DNA of 55,074 nucleotides. It comes from an uncultured Clostridia bacterium (lineage in GTDB: Bacteria > Bacillota > Clostridia > TANB77 > CAG-508). Every line of letters begins with the position of its first letter. The first letter of the stretch is position 1. Both the position numbers and the translations under genes were made by a program. The DNA lies in assembly GCA_946410665.1 (NCBI GenBank), contig CAMKBC010000003.1, positions 1 through 55,074 of the forward strand, read 5' to 3'. The notes beneath the pieces were generated by a model that saw only the letters and a program-made list of their open reading frames with translations, did no database searches and was not told where the DNA came from. This document shows, piece by piece, positions 46,701 through 55,074 of this stretch.

Positions 46701-48565
46701 TATATCAAAGAGATTTAGCTTCAAATAGCCAAGTAAATCAAAATGCAATAAGCTACAAGATGAAAGAAAATAATGAAGTTAAAGGTTATGTTGATACATT
46801 AAATCAAGATTATGCAAGTATGTACAATTACAACAACAATCAATTAAGAGCAAAAGAACAATTATATGATAGTAATATAATTTACTATGCAGGACAACCA
46901 ATTAATAATAGTGGAGATTTAGCACCTTCACAAAATGCTAAAAATTCAAATCCAAGATCTAACATTGCAAACTCATATGGTTCAATGTGGAGATATGATA
47001 GAGTTGCAACAGAAGGAAATAAAGCCTTATCAGATGTTAACGACTTATATGGATATAGACAACGTGGAATTGATTATGCACAAGGTTATGCACAAGGCGT
47101 ATCAGAAAACGAGAAAACATTATTAAACTACAGAGCAGAAGTATTAAGTTCATTCGAAAGACTAACATCTCAAGAGTATGCAGACGGAACATATAATAAA
47201 GATGTTCAAAATGCTATGATTGATGAATTAACTGCAAACACATATATGGTTGCACAAACTGGTATCATTTCAATGAACAATGAATACGAAGGTAAAAATG
47301 ATAACGATCCTAATATCTTAAATGGTGCTGAGGACCCATCAACATCATTACATAGAGTAAGCAAAACATATGAAAACCATGAAAGCAATGTAGATTTAGG
47401 TTTAGTAGAAAGACCTAGAGCACAAGTTAAATTAACAAAGAATGTTTCTAACATGGAAATCAAATTAGCAGATGGACAAACATTGTTTAATGCTAACACA
47501 TCAATGAAGAACTTAATATACGATGACCATAGTGAACATGATATTACATACAAAGAACCTAACAAAGGTCCTATACTAGAAAAAGTAAGAGTAACATTAG
47601 ACAGTCAAGGAACCCCAGAATTAATTCAAGCATTTATGGATGACGAAATTATGGATGGAGCTACAATCAACATAACATATCACTTACAAGTAGAAAATGT
47701 TGGTGAAATTGACTATATCGATAGAGATTTCTACTTCTATGGTAAGAAATCTGGAAACGTACAACCAGTCACAACAAAGGTTGTAAGAGTAATCGATTAT
47801 GTTCCAAACGATGTTTCATATGATGCTTCAAAACAAAACGAAGATGCACATTGGGATGTTTATAAACCAAGTGAATTAATTAACTCTAGAATTACAGAGA
47901 CACCAAATGCAAACAATCAAATTGACCCAATCACAAATGGTGAATCATTTGTAGATCCTGTAGCAAGCACAACAGATGGATTCATTAATAGAATTACTGC
48001 AAGAGCTGAAACAGGCGATTTCTATGATAAAGTTAATAGAGATTATGTAACAAGAACATATGCAAACGAGGTTGAAACATACAATACAATCGTTGTTACA
48101 AAAGACATGAATGATGAATTATTACCTACACTATATGTAAAAGATAATAGTGCATTAGAAGGAAGAAATGTTGATAACACAACATTAATACTTACAACAT
48201 CAATTACAGCAAGCGGAAACAGTGACGACTTAACATACAACAATTTAGCTGAAGTAATTGAAACAGCAAATGCATACGGTAGAAGAATGCAATTCTCTAT
48301 CTCTGGAAACCAAGAGATGGCTAACCAAGATATTAACGACGGTGGTGGAACAAGAACAGAACAAGATCATCACGCATACTCATCATCTAAGATAGTACAA
48401 CCAAGAGAAATCGATGCAGATAGTGCTCAACAAGTTCAAATCTTACCTCCAACAGGTAGTCCAGAATATAGAAACAAATTATTAACAATAATTACAACAA
48501 CAATTGCAACAATCATCGTATTAGTAGGTGCAATAATCATTAAGAAAAAGGTTTATGACAAATAA
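40766..48565 (+). CDS. Giant surface protein B1 (2599 aa from ATG 40766): signal/lipobox-like leader, thioester-domain-like N-terminus, SdrD-B-like and DUF11-like modules, (PG)n linker, C-terminal LPPTG sorting signal
   Basis: The ATG at 40766 follows AAAAGGAGA. The track's GTG at 40745 is less likely. Leader MLKKRIIKGIILIAISLIAC. FFCND (Cys codon 41006-41008) and LQVLIW (Gln codon 41198-41200). Two SdrD-B-like segments. LPPTG (48443-48457) followed by a TM and KKKVYDK. Confidence 0.85.
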   Translation: MLKKRIIKGIILIAISLIACLVSGNYCNGYVPVEGDSVSQEYLSTFVNDRFNDGQPYGSQLLQYVHYVHYEGDETDYSFFCNDLGYPPILINSLSGEYSLGSPDVSLVSSRQGEDKINPQIAYAMDIGILPKNLGGTEKSWEDLQVLIWDAKRDTEQGSASGDGLLNAKSKKPKNITSSIPKEVYRFRKVYEEIFEKTLVKDQPLFRLEDKQASLFVDQNDGTYIYGPFQLKVNCDAPDETIKYLIMEIMEEGRVDYIDYDKGEAYIENFYKFHQSIDDSFINNGFSDGSKKKLKYSTNPANKDKNLYSTIIVDNRGNPIDFPKVNNSDAETNNFFIKFYPANGGAIINLGKADNSAELFKLKVKYGHYLEYTEHTQQGALYSKGLVATLHVEDRSNRVIEPGYFGQSLRDQGDENPEDTGWRVTWSRLDAFDANRMWWNSFLQYIGIPRTLALYLKVSSGNGTADSNGAMRTELINNTNFNLGMSSTIYNPVDEIGETYILYRLNDYYTNLHCVGFSSGYLNDCGASIFTPFTFGGVLPDESVDITNLTKSIKDNYGFPLQQGMKAIDYCGIVREEQEVTFSASGSKYVKDKDAYWDPEEGAEGAVHHGEEGHTEYDTASKTMKIYRYRFVNWGEYGESTISGWKSANMIDSGTANTSITSGTQDDYTVPSASQLNSYDSDYSYGTVTYTVNPDAWSIVKVYGGGSNACGAGKSGQGFGYVLKNEGWFYDKYFESYMGRQTLSNALGQGDDHAYTYTPGKAVGEYDVWIPKDLPQIPNITGPESAEAWYSTQAEMKNLKNNIQSFISFGIRGTVKDKKVYQYGTQTSTEFVALPHLKIAEAFGGNVWKESVGVKGIPEKDVDGIYNSGDKNGDGREEAYQAVKVDLYECNIKYKEPQQDQYISSADIEPATYLTSTFTDSDGDYRFFGKIAENVPLINPLKKYIVKFVYNGQIYAQTLYNVNLGSDYSEYKEKTSKAIDENRDQFNKRFENIYADSNNYTFDGKRYTGCNGQLEPTYTYTGRAYGLKHVVKEAIDGIANDPSADPALDTFEEQYNLFIKNNTHEEFLTTTAEYEFQHAGGADLGNTQITVGTGEIVNSDIDKTWEHTPGIPIDYNYSGLSPSVANYIKDCMIEASVPYADATHDLTVYGRNIGMTDFHKQFPEQATFNLKDLNRTYMEGYKKWTLTEVSMRVTVQPQPGDAENMYEVPPEIEKYIGRTIYPIGTSVVLFTYKGEEYYRIVGPNGVALTDAIKVASLSDDYNFNFKENDNTDVDFIDETIKVGSQEIEWEPDPEPPGPGPGPGPGPGPGPIIYTLKYLKWDYAQVDEVKTIEHRYEPPKEHYINLYNKEFDLRHCWSFGVYQRNFNEVQLEKDLYKATMVVNGKKEVYSYSGKLPNEDGDQYNFEVGELINLNKPVNGGTPYTREVRKSDYLYDENVSYGDGKYSKNIKAYLTYKIKVHNASPYTIRINEIADYYDADNLEFDGVRDASGRYEIATHTQNIDGQITQSKYTYASNLRDTAGHDVNKEYIGIYDNSAYTNGDNTKVRETFKIANDGQDNNGQPYNLKTLYIRGNGAEGIPVVSKKGDVETVTNQLLPSQSTILFVTFKVKNNTIDNGISTFTNQIKLDQITRDFADKLPTIGKNNFAEINSYASYYTAEMPGDAAVEEKQYYRPYAEGKIRYGNNEATYIHPDGTEERIEGRDICIAGVVDVYSNPGSFTERDVEVVRTDDGEYKELRFKDNSYRKITRPEGMPKLNKDDAAEESLPTVEPDMDKAPSIRIILDDDQIRKISGYVFEDEKTVNSDGSPIGNGKMDDGETRINGVTVQLVELIQDVDYDGTFTGQYIGEKVWDECEYTGLSDVKYQLKAGSENQGAQYYSGKGTKYILNSTSDLVKIYSDPSVANETTEDGKYCFAGLPSGDFVVRFIYGDTDRTVLTNGTDNNDSEKEEAVRETAAVNELTGRTGMNVKSYNGQDFKSTVYQRDLASNSQVNQNAISYKMKENNEVKGYVDTLNQDYASMYNYNNNQLRAKEQLYDSNIIYYAGQPINNSGDLAPSQNAKNSNPRSNIANSYGSMWRYDRVATEGNKALSDVNDLYGYRQRGIDYAQGYAQGVSENEKTLLNYRAEVLSSFERLTSQEYADGTYNKDVQNAMIDELTANTYMVAQTGIISMNNEYEGKNDNDPNILNGAEDPSTSLHRVSKTYENHESNVDLGLVERPRAQVKLTKNVSNMEIKLADGQTLFNANTSMKNLIYDDHSEHDITYKEPNKGPILEKVRVTLDSQGTPELIQAFMDDEIMDGATINITYHLQVENVGEIDYIDRDFYFYGKKSGNVQPVTTKVVRVIDYVPNDVSYDASKQNEDAHWDVYKPSELINSRITETPNANNQIDPITNGESFVDPVASTTDGFINRITARAETGDFYDKVNRDYVTRTYANEVETYNTIVVTKDMNDELLPTLYVKDNSALEGRNVDNTTLILTTSITASGNSDDLTYNNLAEVIETANAYGRRMQFSISGNQEMANQDINDGGGTRTEQDHHAYSSSKIVQPREIDADSAQQVQILPPTGSPEYRNKLLTIITTTIATIIVLVGAIIIKKKVYDK
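44651..44695 (+). repeat. Hexanucleotide tandem repeat (CCAGGA)x7 with one CCGGGA variant, encoding a (Pro-Gly)n linker inside B1
   Basis: Read directly: ccagga ccagga ccagga ccagga ccggga ccagga ccagga cca. Translates PGPGPGPGPGPGPGP. Confidence 0.95.
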
Positions 48566-48596
48566 ACTAAAATCTTAAATAAAGGCAAAAAGCCAT

Positions 48597-48647
48597 AAAA
48601 AAGAGGTAAAATCAAGGCGAAAAACCAAGATTTTACCTCTTTTTTTC
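48597..48647 (+). terminator. Rho-independent terminator after B1
   Basis: aagaggtaaaatc (48601-48613) pairs with gattttacctctt (48629-48641), followed by a T-run. Confidence 0.85.
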
Positions 48648-48697
48648 GTCTAAATTGCTATATTATATATAATAATGTAGGTTTTACAGTAAAAAAC

Positions 48698-48726
48698 TTG
48701 AAAAAAATGGCAAAACTTGGTATAAT
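48698..48726 (+). promoter_or_regulatory. Near-consensus sigma-A promoter of the A2-B2 operon
   Basis: TTGAAA (48698-48703), exact 17-nt spacer, TATAAT (48721-48726). Confidence 0.65.
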
Positions 48727-48769
48727 AAAAGTGTTATATTGTGATTATTACTAAGGAGGACAAGATTAT

Positions 48770-51700
48770 ATGTATTCTAAATTAATAAACAAGATTATCA
48801 CTATTCTTGCTATTATTTCTTTTTTAGGTATTCAAATAATGCCAGCAGTATCTATGGCTGTAGAAGAAATCAATCAAAACATAGCAACAAATGAAGAAAA
48901 CGTTAAGTTTAATGCAACTTTAAATGGAACAGGCTCATACACAATGGAGGCTGATCTAACTCAAAATCCAACAATTGATTTTGAAATTAAAGTTGAAAAG
49001 ACTGGTTATTTAAAAAACATAGTTGTAGAAGCTAAAGGTGCTAACTATGAATTATTAAATGACCTTGAAGAATCACAAACAGCAATTAACTCAATCAAAG
49101 GAAACACAATTAACTTTAATAATATCGATGCCGGAAACACAACAGTAGCATCAGTAAAGATTAAAGCAATAAAAGAAGATGTTACCAAATACGAAAACTT
49201 TGATAAGATTTCTTCTATTGTTTTAAAAGCTACTTACGTTAACAAAGATGGTAACGAGAAAGAAATCAAGAAAGAGTTAAAAGAACAAGTTAAGTGGAAT
49301 ACAAAAGCAGAAGCGGACTTAAACCTAGAACTTCTTAGATATTTAAAATACGAAAATAGTAGAACAATGATTAGTATCAAAGTTAGTGATGGTATAAAAG
49401 ACAACATAATACCAGCTTCATCAAAAGAAATCACAATTGATATTCCAAAGTTGAATGGACAAGCACCAACAGTTGTTTCAGCAACTGGTAAGAATGCTAC
49501 ATACAAAAATAAAAATGACAAACTAATTATAAGTAAGTCAAACGATAACAATTCACTTGCATGGAATTCAAACGAAGATTTCATAGCTAACTTTATTTAT
49601 GAAACTCAATCAGATGACAAGAATATATCAGTTCAAGCTTCAGAAACGATTAAAACAATTAGAAACGATGAAATCACAGCAAGCAAATCTGAAAACTTCA
49701 GCATCGAATCAGAAGTAGGACATATTCTTGAGATTTCAACAACAACACCAGGTGAAATCAACAAAGGTTATATGTATACAAATATCAACAGCGCTAAAGA
49801 ATTCACAACGAATTACGAGGTTTCATACAGATTAAACATTGGACTACAAGATTTAACAAATAAAATTGTTTTAACAGAAGTAAGTAATGAATTAGCAACA
49901 GACAACGATGTGTTAAACAATACAGCTATCAAAAACAAAAAAATAAAAGTTGATTCAGACGAAATTAAGAACACATTAGGTGATGAAGGAAAGATTATTG
50001 TTAAGAAGTCAGACGGAGCAGAAATCGCAACATTAACAGCAAGCAATACAGAATTAGAGACAGACGAAGCAAAATTAATCTTTGAAACATCACAACCAGC
50101 TAACCCAGGAAACATTGAAATTAAAGTTGAAAAACAAATTGCAAAAACAAGCTTAAGTAGATCACAAATAAAAGCATTAACAACAATAAATTCAAAAGTT
50201 AACTTCAAAGGTTATAAAGATGAAAAAGTTGTTTCAGAAGGAAATGGTACAGTAAAAATTAAATTATCAGAACCTTCATCAAAAGCAGCTTTAGATATAA
50301 GTCAAAACACATTATCAACAATTGCTAAGAATGAAGATGTAGTGTTCAACGTAGTATTAAAAACAAAAGACATCTCAGATGCACTTTATACAGATCCTAG
50401 AATTTCAATTGAATTACCAAGCAAAGTAAACAATATTGAAATCAAGAAAGCAGAAATTTTATACGACAATGAAATTATCGCAGGAGACAGTTCAGTTAGC
50501 GGAGACACAATCAACGTTAGTTTAAGAGGACAACAAACAGACTATAGTAAATCAGCTACAACAGATGGTTTATTAGTTAGAGTTGAAACAAACATCGATC
50601 TTGAAGATATGGCAACATCAAGCAATGATAAAGTTAAATTAACATATACAAACAATGCAACAGGAGAAACAAACATCGTAGAGCAAGATGTAAAAATAGT
50701 TGCTCCTTCAGAATTTGTATTATCAAGCACAATTTCTAACGAATCAAAGAGAGAAATAACAATAGTAAAAGATATTACAAACTTCAGAGTACATGCTAAT
50801 AGAGATGTTCAAAGATTAAAATTTGGCGGATCTGTAGTTAGCAATTTAGGAAAAGATGCAACAGGATTTGCTATCGTTGGAAGAATTCCTTTCAAAGGAA
50901 ATAAAACATTATCAGGAAAAGATTTAGGAACAACAGTAGATACAAAGATTATAAAAGCAGTTGAAGTAAGTGGAATTGAAGATGCAACAGTTTACTACAG
51001 TGAAAACGGAGAAGAATCAGTTGACGGACAAGGTTGGACAACAGAGCTTACAGCAAACTCAAAAACATACAAAATTGTTTCTAACAATAATCTTCCAGAC
51101 AAGGCAAAAATAGATTTCAATTATGAAGTTGAAGTTCCAGCAAACTTAGATTTTGAGCAATCATTAAATTCAATCTATGGAGTTTACTTCAATAATGATT
51201 CAACAGAAGGAATTAAGAAAGATTTAGTTGAAGCAAAAATTGTAGGTGCAAGAACAGAAGACAAACCTGCACTAGAATTAGAAGTAAAAGCATATGATGA
51301 AGCGGGAAGCGAAATAAATCAAAACAGTGAGAATGAAGAAGGAAAGAAAATCACATACAAAGTTAATATTAAAAACACAAAGAGCATCACAATTAAAAAT
51401 GCAAAATTAAACATTGAATTACCAGATGGATTGTCATTCGTCGGTGGTGATAAATCAGCAACATATGCAGAAATACCAGCTAACAGTGTTAAGACTGTTG
51501 AAATAAGAACACAAATAAATGAGCTACCAACAGATGTAGATACAGATGAACTTAAAGTTAAAGCAACTGTTTCTGCAGATGACATGGAAGCAAATGCAAC
51601 AAACGAATTTACAATCAAGAGAGTTCTTGGACAAATGATTTTACAATTAAAGAACCAAGTTTCTCCAAACAGCACACACCCTAAAGGAAGTGTAGTTACA

Positions 51701-53449
51701 TATTCACTTGAAGTTAAGAGCCCTAACAGCAGAAAACAAACAAACGTAAATGTAAAACTTCACTTACCACAAGGAACAGAATATAGAGGCGAAGACTACG
51801 AATACGATAAAGGACAAAATGTTGTTTCAGTAAAATATGATGAAGTTGGAAAAAATCCAAAGAGAATGATCGTGTACGTATCAGTTACAGAGGATTATCC
51901 AACATTAACAGCATATGCCACAGCAACAAGTGATCAAACAAAAGGAGAAATTAGAACTCCAGATAACACAGTTAACGGAAACATTGCAAAGAAATATATA
52001 ACAGCAAATCAATCAGTAAATATTGATGAAAACAAAGTATTAGATACAGATTCTGTTGAATTCTATGTAGATATAAAGAACGATAAAGACGAAGATGTAT
52101 TAATAAGAATTAAAGATGAATTTAAAGATATTGTTTACCTAAGAGATTTCACAATTACAGGAAATGTAGAAGTTTCATCTAAAAACAAATCATACATAAA
52201 TGATGAATTTGTTTTAAATGCAAAAGGTACAGCAAGAGTAACAATTAAATGTGCAATCTACAGTCAACAAGAAGGTTCACAACATTCATATGATCACAAA
52301 CCAATATTAACTGTTGATAATGAAGAAATAGACATTAATACTATTACATTAAAAATCACAGGAACAGGAAAAACAGTAGCTCCTGAAAATCCAGATAAAC
52401 CAGACGTTCCAATCGCAGACGGAACATTCAAGATTTCTGGTAGAGTATGGTTTGATGAAAACAATAACGGACAACAAGATGTATTTGAAAAAGCAATTGG
52501 TAATCTAGAAGTTATGCTATACGATGCTAACACACAAGCGATAGCAAAAGATAGCAAAGGAAACGAAGTTAGATTAACAACAGGTGCTGATGGAAAATAC
52601 ACATTCACAAATTTAAATAAAGGAAAATACAACGTAATTGTTAAATACAACATTGAAGAATATGCACCAGGTCCATACAGAGCAAACAAAGTTGCAGACT
52701 CTGACAACAACGACTTCGTACAAGCTAAACTTAGCGGAGAAGAAGTTGCAGGATGCGACACAATCACATTAAAAGACGTAAACGTATACAACATAGATTT
52801 AGGATTATCATTAAGAAACACATTCGATTTAAGACTAGATAAGAGAATATCTAAAGTTACAATCGTAAGAGCAGGAAGTGATACACCTACAATTTATGAA
52901 TACGACAACGTTGAATTAGCAAAAATTGAATTACCTAACAGCAATATTGAAGGTATTACAGTTATAGTAGAATATAAAATTTTAGTTACAAACCAAGGTC
53001 ACGTTCCAGGATATGCAAAATCAGTAGTTGACTACTTACCAAAAGGAATGGGATTCAGTGGTGAAGATAATAAAGATTGGTACTTATCAAACGGCAGTGT
53101 TTATACAACAAGTCTTGCGAATACAATTATCAATCCAGGAGAAACAAAAGAGTTAAAGCTAGTTTTAACTAGACAAATGACTAATGAAAATACCGGAATA
53201 GTTAGAAACACCGCAGAGATTGCAAGTTCATATAACGAACTAGGTATTGAAGATATCAATTCAAAAACATCAAACAAGATGGATGGAGAAAATGATATGT
53301 CTTCAGGAGCAATTGTTTTAGCAGTAGCAACTGGTAGAACAGCAATAGCAATCACAGGAATTACATTAGCAATTCTTGCAATTGCGGCAATAGCTGTATT
53401 CGAGACAAAGAAAAATGTAATAAACAAAACTTATACAAATATTCTATAA
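48770..53449 (+). CDS. Large surface protein A2 (1559 aa), diverged paralog of A1, ending in AVATG + TM tail
   Basis: Same order of blocks as A1. LKATYVNKDGNEKEIKKELKEQVKW matches LEGTYVDKNGTEKTFSKQTQVNISW. ISGRVWFDENNNGQQD matches ISGKAWLDANNDGRRE. NTFDLRLDKRISKVTI matches NTFDMALDKNVTSVSI. C-terminus IVLAVATGRTAIAITGITLAILAIAAIAVFETKKN. Confidence 0.85.
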   Translation: MYSKLINKIITILAIISFLGIQIMPAVSMAVEEINQNIATNEENVKFNATLNGTGSYTMEADLTQNPTIDFEIKVEKTGYLKNIVVEAKGANYELLNDLEESQTAINSIKGNTINFNNIDAGNTTVASVKIKAIKEDVTKYENFDKISSIVLKATYVNKDGNEKEIKKELKEQVKWNTKAEADLNLELLRYLKYENSRTMISIKVSDGIKDNIIPASSKEITIDIPKLNGQAPTVVSATGKNATYKNKNDKLIISKSNDNNSLAWNSNEDFIANFIYETQSDDKNISVQASETIKTIRNDEITASKSENFSIESEVGHILEISTTTPGEINKGYMYTNINSAKEFTTNYEVSYRLNIGLQDLTNKIVLTEVSNELATDNDVLNNTAIKNKKIKVDSDEIKNTLGDEGKIIVKKSDGAEIATLTASNTELETDEAKLIFETSQPANPGNIEIKVEKQIAKTSLSRSQIKALTTINSKVNFKGYKDEKVVSEGNGTVKIKLSEPSSKAALDISQNTLSTIAKNEDVVFNVVLKTKDISDALYTDPRISIELPSKVNNIEIKKAEILYDNEIIAGDSSVSGDTINVSLRGQQTDYSKSATTDGLLVRVETNIDLEDMATSSNDKVKLTYTNNATGETNIVEQDVKIVAPSEFVLSSTISNESKREITIVKDITNFRVHANRDVQRLKFGGSVVSNLGKDATGFAIVGRIPFKGNKTLSGKDLGTTVDTKIIKAVEVSGIEDATVYYSENGEESVDGQGWTTELTANSKTYKIVSNNNLPDKAKIDFNYEVEVPANLDFEQSLNSIYGVYFNNDSTEGIKKDLVEAKIVGARTEDKPALELEVKAYDEAGSEINQNSENEEGKKITYKVNIKNTKSITIKNAKLNIELPDGLSFVGGDKSATYAEIPANSVKTVEIRTQINELPTDVDTDELKVKATVSADDMEANATNEFTIKRVLGQMILQLKNQVSPNSTHPKGSVVTYSLEVKSPNSRKQTNVNVKLHLPQGTEYRGEDYEYDKGQNVVSVKYDEVGKNPKRMIVYVSVTEDYPTLTAYATATSDQTKGEIRTPDNTVNGNIAKKYITANQSVNIDENKVLDTDSVEFYVDIKNDKDEDVLIRIKDEFKDIVYLRDFTITGNVEVSSKNKSYINDEFVLNAKGTARVTIKCAIYSQQEGSQHSYDHKPILTVDNEEIDINTITLKITGTGKTVAPENPDKPDVPIADGTFKISGRVWFDENNNGQQDVFEKAIGNLEVMLYDANTQAIAKDSKGNEVRLTTGADGKYTFTNLNKGKYNVIVKYNIEEYAPGPYRANKVADSDNNDFVQAKLSGEEVAGCDTITLKDVNVYNIDLGLSLRNTFDLRLDKRISKVTIVRAGSDTPTIYEYDNVELAKIELPNSNIEGITVIVEYKILVTNQGHVPGYAKSVVDYLPKGMGFSGEDNKDWYLSNGSVYTTSLANTIINPGETKELKLVLTRQMTNENTGIVRNTAEIASSYNELGIEDINSKTSNKMDGENDMSSGAIVLAVATGRTAIAITGITLAILAIAAIAVFETKKNVINKTYTNIL

Positions 53450-53464
53450 TGAAGGGAGAAAAAA

Positions 53465-55074
53465 ATGAGTTATAAGAAGAATTCATTACTAAAGAAGATA
53501 GTATCTCCAATAGTATCAATAATTATTCTATGTTCATTAACCTCTGCTGTTTGTGCCATGGAATTGAGAACTGGCGGAATGCCTTATAATTACACACCTT
53601 TCCCAACTGATACTCTATGGGGTTGGTTCTGTTTCCAATTATCAACACCAACTAACTTCTACGATTATGTATCAGGAATACCAGAGGATGAAGATGAAGA
53701 TTCTGAACATGCAGGATTTAAGTATTCTAAATTTAAGTTAATCGAACATCACGAGGGAGAAGTTGAGCCATCTGTTGGTTATGCAATGTATTATGTTTCA
53801 ACACACTCTATCGCGAATGAAGCAAATGGATATCCAATTGATCCAAGATTAAACACACCAGATGTTAAGAAAACAAGATTAGCATTCCAACACGTTTTAT
53901 GGGCATCACAAAGATGGGGTAACGAATCAAATGTATATGGAACACATATACAACACAATTCAACATCATATGGCGAAGCTAAGAGACAAGGAATTGCTAA
54001 ATATGACAAGATAGAAGATAGAGCAACAGACTTCGGTAATGTTTATTACTACGTAACTAAACCATTACAAGAAAAGAAAACAAACTTCGAAGTTTCACCA
54101 GCTGTAGATGATCAAGATTCATTAGATGTTTTAGTAAATCAAGCAGATCAAAGTTATACAGTAGGACCTTACAAATTATCATTAAATATTACACCAGACA
54201 TGATTGAAGTTGAGGATTGGGCAAAAGACGATCCTAAGTTATTACCAACTCAAGAAAAAATCGACAATGCAAAAAACACATTATATGATGAGTTATCAAA
54301 CCCAGAAAAAATAAAAGACAAAGCAAGATTTGCATGGTCAGATGGAGTTGAAGGAATCAACGGTAAGAACGTAAAATACTTAAATGCAAACGGTGAAGAA
54401 ATAGCATTCCCTGATTTCAGAACAGGGGAAGAATTCTATATTAGATTTAATGATGATCCAGCTAATGATGGAATTTATGAAATAGGAAATCCAAAGATTA
54501 GAGTAAACTTCATAGACGCATTCGCCGGAGAAATCAAAGTATGGGCAGTAGAAGCATTAATAATTAAGAACTTAAAAATTAAAGTTCCACAAATTCACAT
54601 TCATCATGAGGCAGAAGAAAATCTAGAATTAGACCTTGAAGGACAAATTCAAGATAGTGGTTCAACAACTATTGGACATTATCATTGTGCAATTGTTGAT
54701 ATGGACAACATCCAAGGAGACAATGTTCCATCAACAGGATCTAGTGAATGGATTAGAATAGATGCAAGTTGTACATTAACAATGAAATTTAAATGGACAG
54801 CAAACTTCAGATTAACTGAAGATATGATAGGTACAGTTGAAAGTGATAAATATGGTAGACAAACAATCACTTGGGAAATGGTACAACGTCAAAAAGAAGT
54901 AGAAATCAAAGGTTTCTATTCTGAACAAGAAGTAAAAGACGTTAAGATTTCAAGATGGATTCAAGGTACACCACACTATGCAACAGGCAAGAATGATGAC
55001 GGCACAACATATAAATACATAGATTACTATGTATACGACTCATCATGGAACCATACAGAAACACCATGGCATGT
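53465..55074 (+). CDS. Surface protein B2, 3'-truncated at the window edge. Paralog of the B1 N-terminus (thioester-domain-like). Not in the supplied ORF track.
   Basis: AGGGAG RBS then ATG at 53465. The frame is open to the end of the window by manual translation: MSYKKNSLLKKIVSPIVSIIILCSLTSAVCAMELRT... (signal peptide). WFCFQ (Cys codon 53630-53632), VGYAMYY, FQHVLW (Gln codon 53888-53890) and YTVGPYKLSL parallel B1. Confidence 0.75.
   Translation, partial: MSYKKNSLLKKIVSPIVSIIILCSLTSAVCAMELRTGGMPYNYTPFPTDTLWGWFCFQLSTPTNFYDYVSGIPEDEDEDSEHAGFKYSKFKLIEHHEGEVEPSVGYAMYYVSTHSIANEANGYPIDPRLNTPDVKKTRLAFQHVLWASQRWGNESNVYGTHIQHNSTSYGEAKRQGIAKYDKIEDRATDFGNVYYYVTKPLQEKKTNFEVSPAVDDQDSLDVLVNQADQSYTVGPYKLSLNITPDMIEVEDWAKDDPKLLPTQEKIDNAKNTLYDELSNPEKIKDKARFAWSDGVEGINGKNVKYLNANGEEIAFPDFRTGEEFYIRFNDDPANDGIYEIGNPKIRVNFIDAFAGEIKVWAVEALIIKNLKIKVPQIHIHHEAEENLELDLEGQIQDSGSTTIGHYHCAIVDMDNIQGDNVPSTGSSEWIRIDASCTLTMKFKWTANFRLTEDMIGTVESDKYGRQTITWEMVQRQKEVEIKGFYSEQEVKDVKISRWIQGTPHYATGKNDDGTTYKYIDYYVYDSSWNHTETPWH

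Noticed and set aside
36507-53427. Many 60-180-aa minus-strand ORFs inside the four giant adhesin genes (for example 36833..37222, 47206..47565, 49813..50208, 52294..52821)
   Set aside because: Each is fully embedded antisense in a long, uninterrupted + strand reading frame with coherent domain architecture. Long antisense ORFs are expected here by chance.

Overview
Chromosomal window from a low-GC (about 30% GC by eye) Firmicutes-type genome, Clostridia/Erysipelotrichia-like in gene order. Nearly all genes are on the + strand. Two housekeeping blocks are recognisable. The first is dnaX-ybaB-recR, a glycolipid glycosyltransferase, a hydrolase, murF-ddl-yqeK and a DnaJ-like gene. The second is an sbcD/sbcC-like pair, prfA, pcrA, mecA, radC and mreBCD-PBP2-minC. 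These blocks are interrupted by two accessory islands that encode very large surface proteins. Island 1 (about 9.3-21.7 kb) holds two small unknown genes, an orphan VirD4/TraG-type coupling protein, a 493-aa MucBP/SpaA-like anchored protein and a 2553-aa LRR + GLUG-type beta-helix protein with no anchor. Island 2 (35.5 kb to the window end) holds two tandem, diverged copies of a two-gene module. Each module pairs a ~1600-aa protein (SdrD-B-like + DUF11-like, with an A[LV]ATG + TM tail) with a giant protein whose N-terminus looks like a degenerate thioester (TQXA-type) adhesin domain. The complete copy of the giant protein is 2599 aa and ends in LPPTG. No sortase, integrase, relaxase, transposase, tRNA, rRNA or CRISPR array was recognised. 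The last gene (53465 to the window end) is absent from the ORF track because it has no stop codon in the window. Other points worth a second look: an A9 slippery tract in dnaX with stops in both shifted frames, a membrane-anchored MurF-like ligase, a Rad50-like ATPase with a transmembrane hairpin, a GC-rich insert inside the prfA terminator stem, and a prfA Shine-Dalgarno separated from its AUG by a hairpin. All calls rest on reading the translations and DNA by eye. No database search was run.
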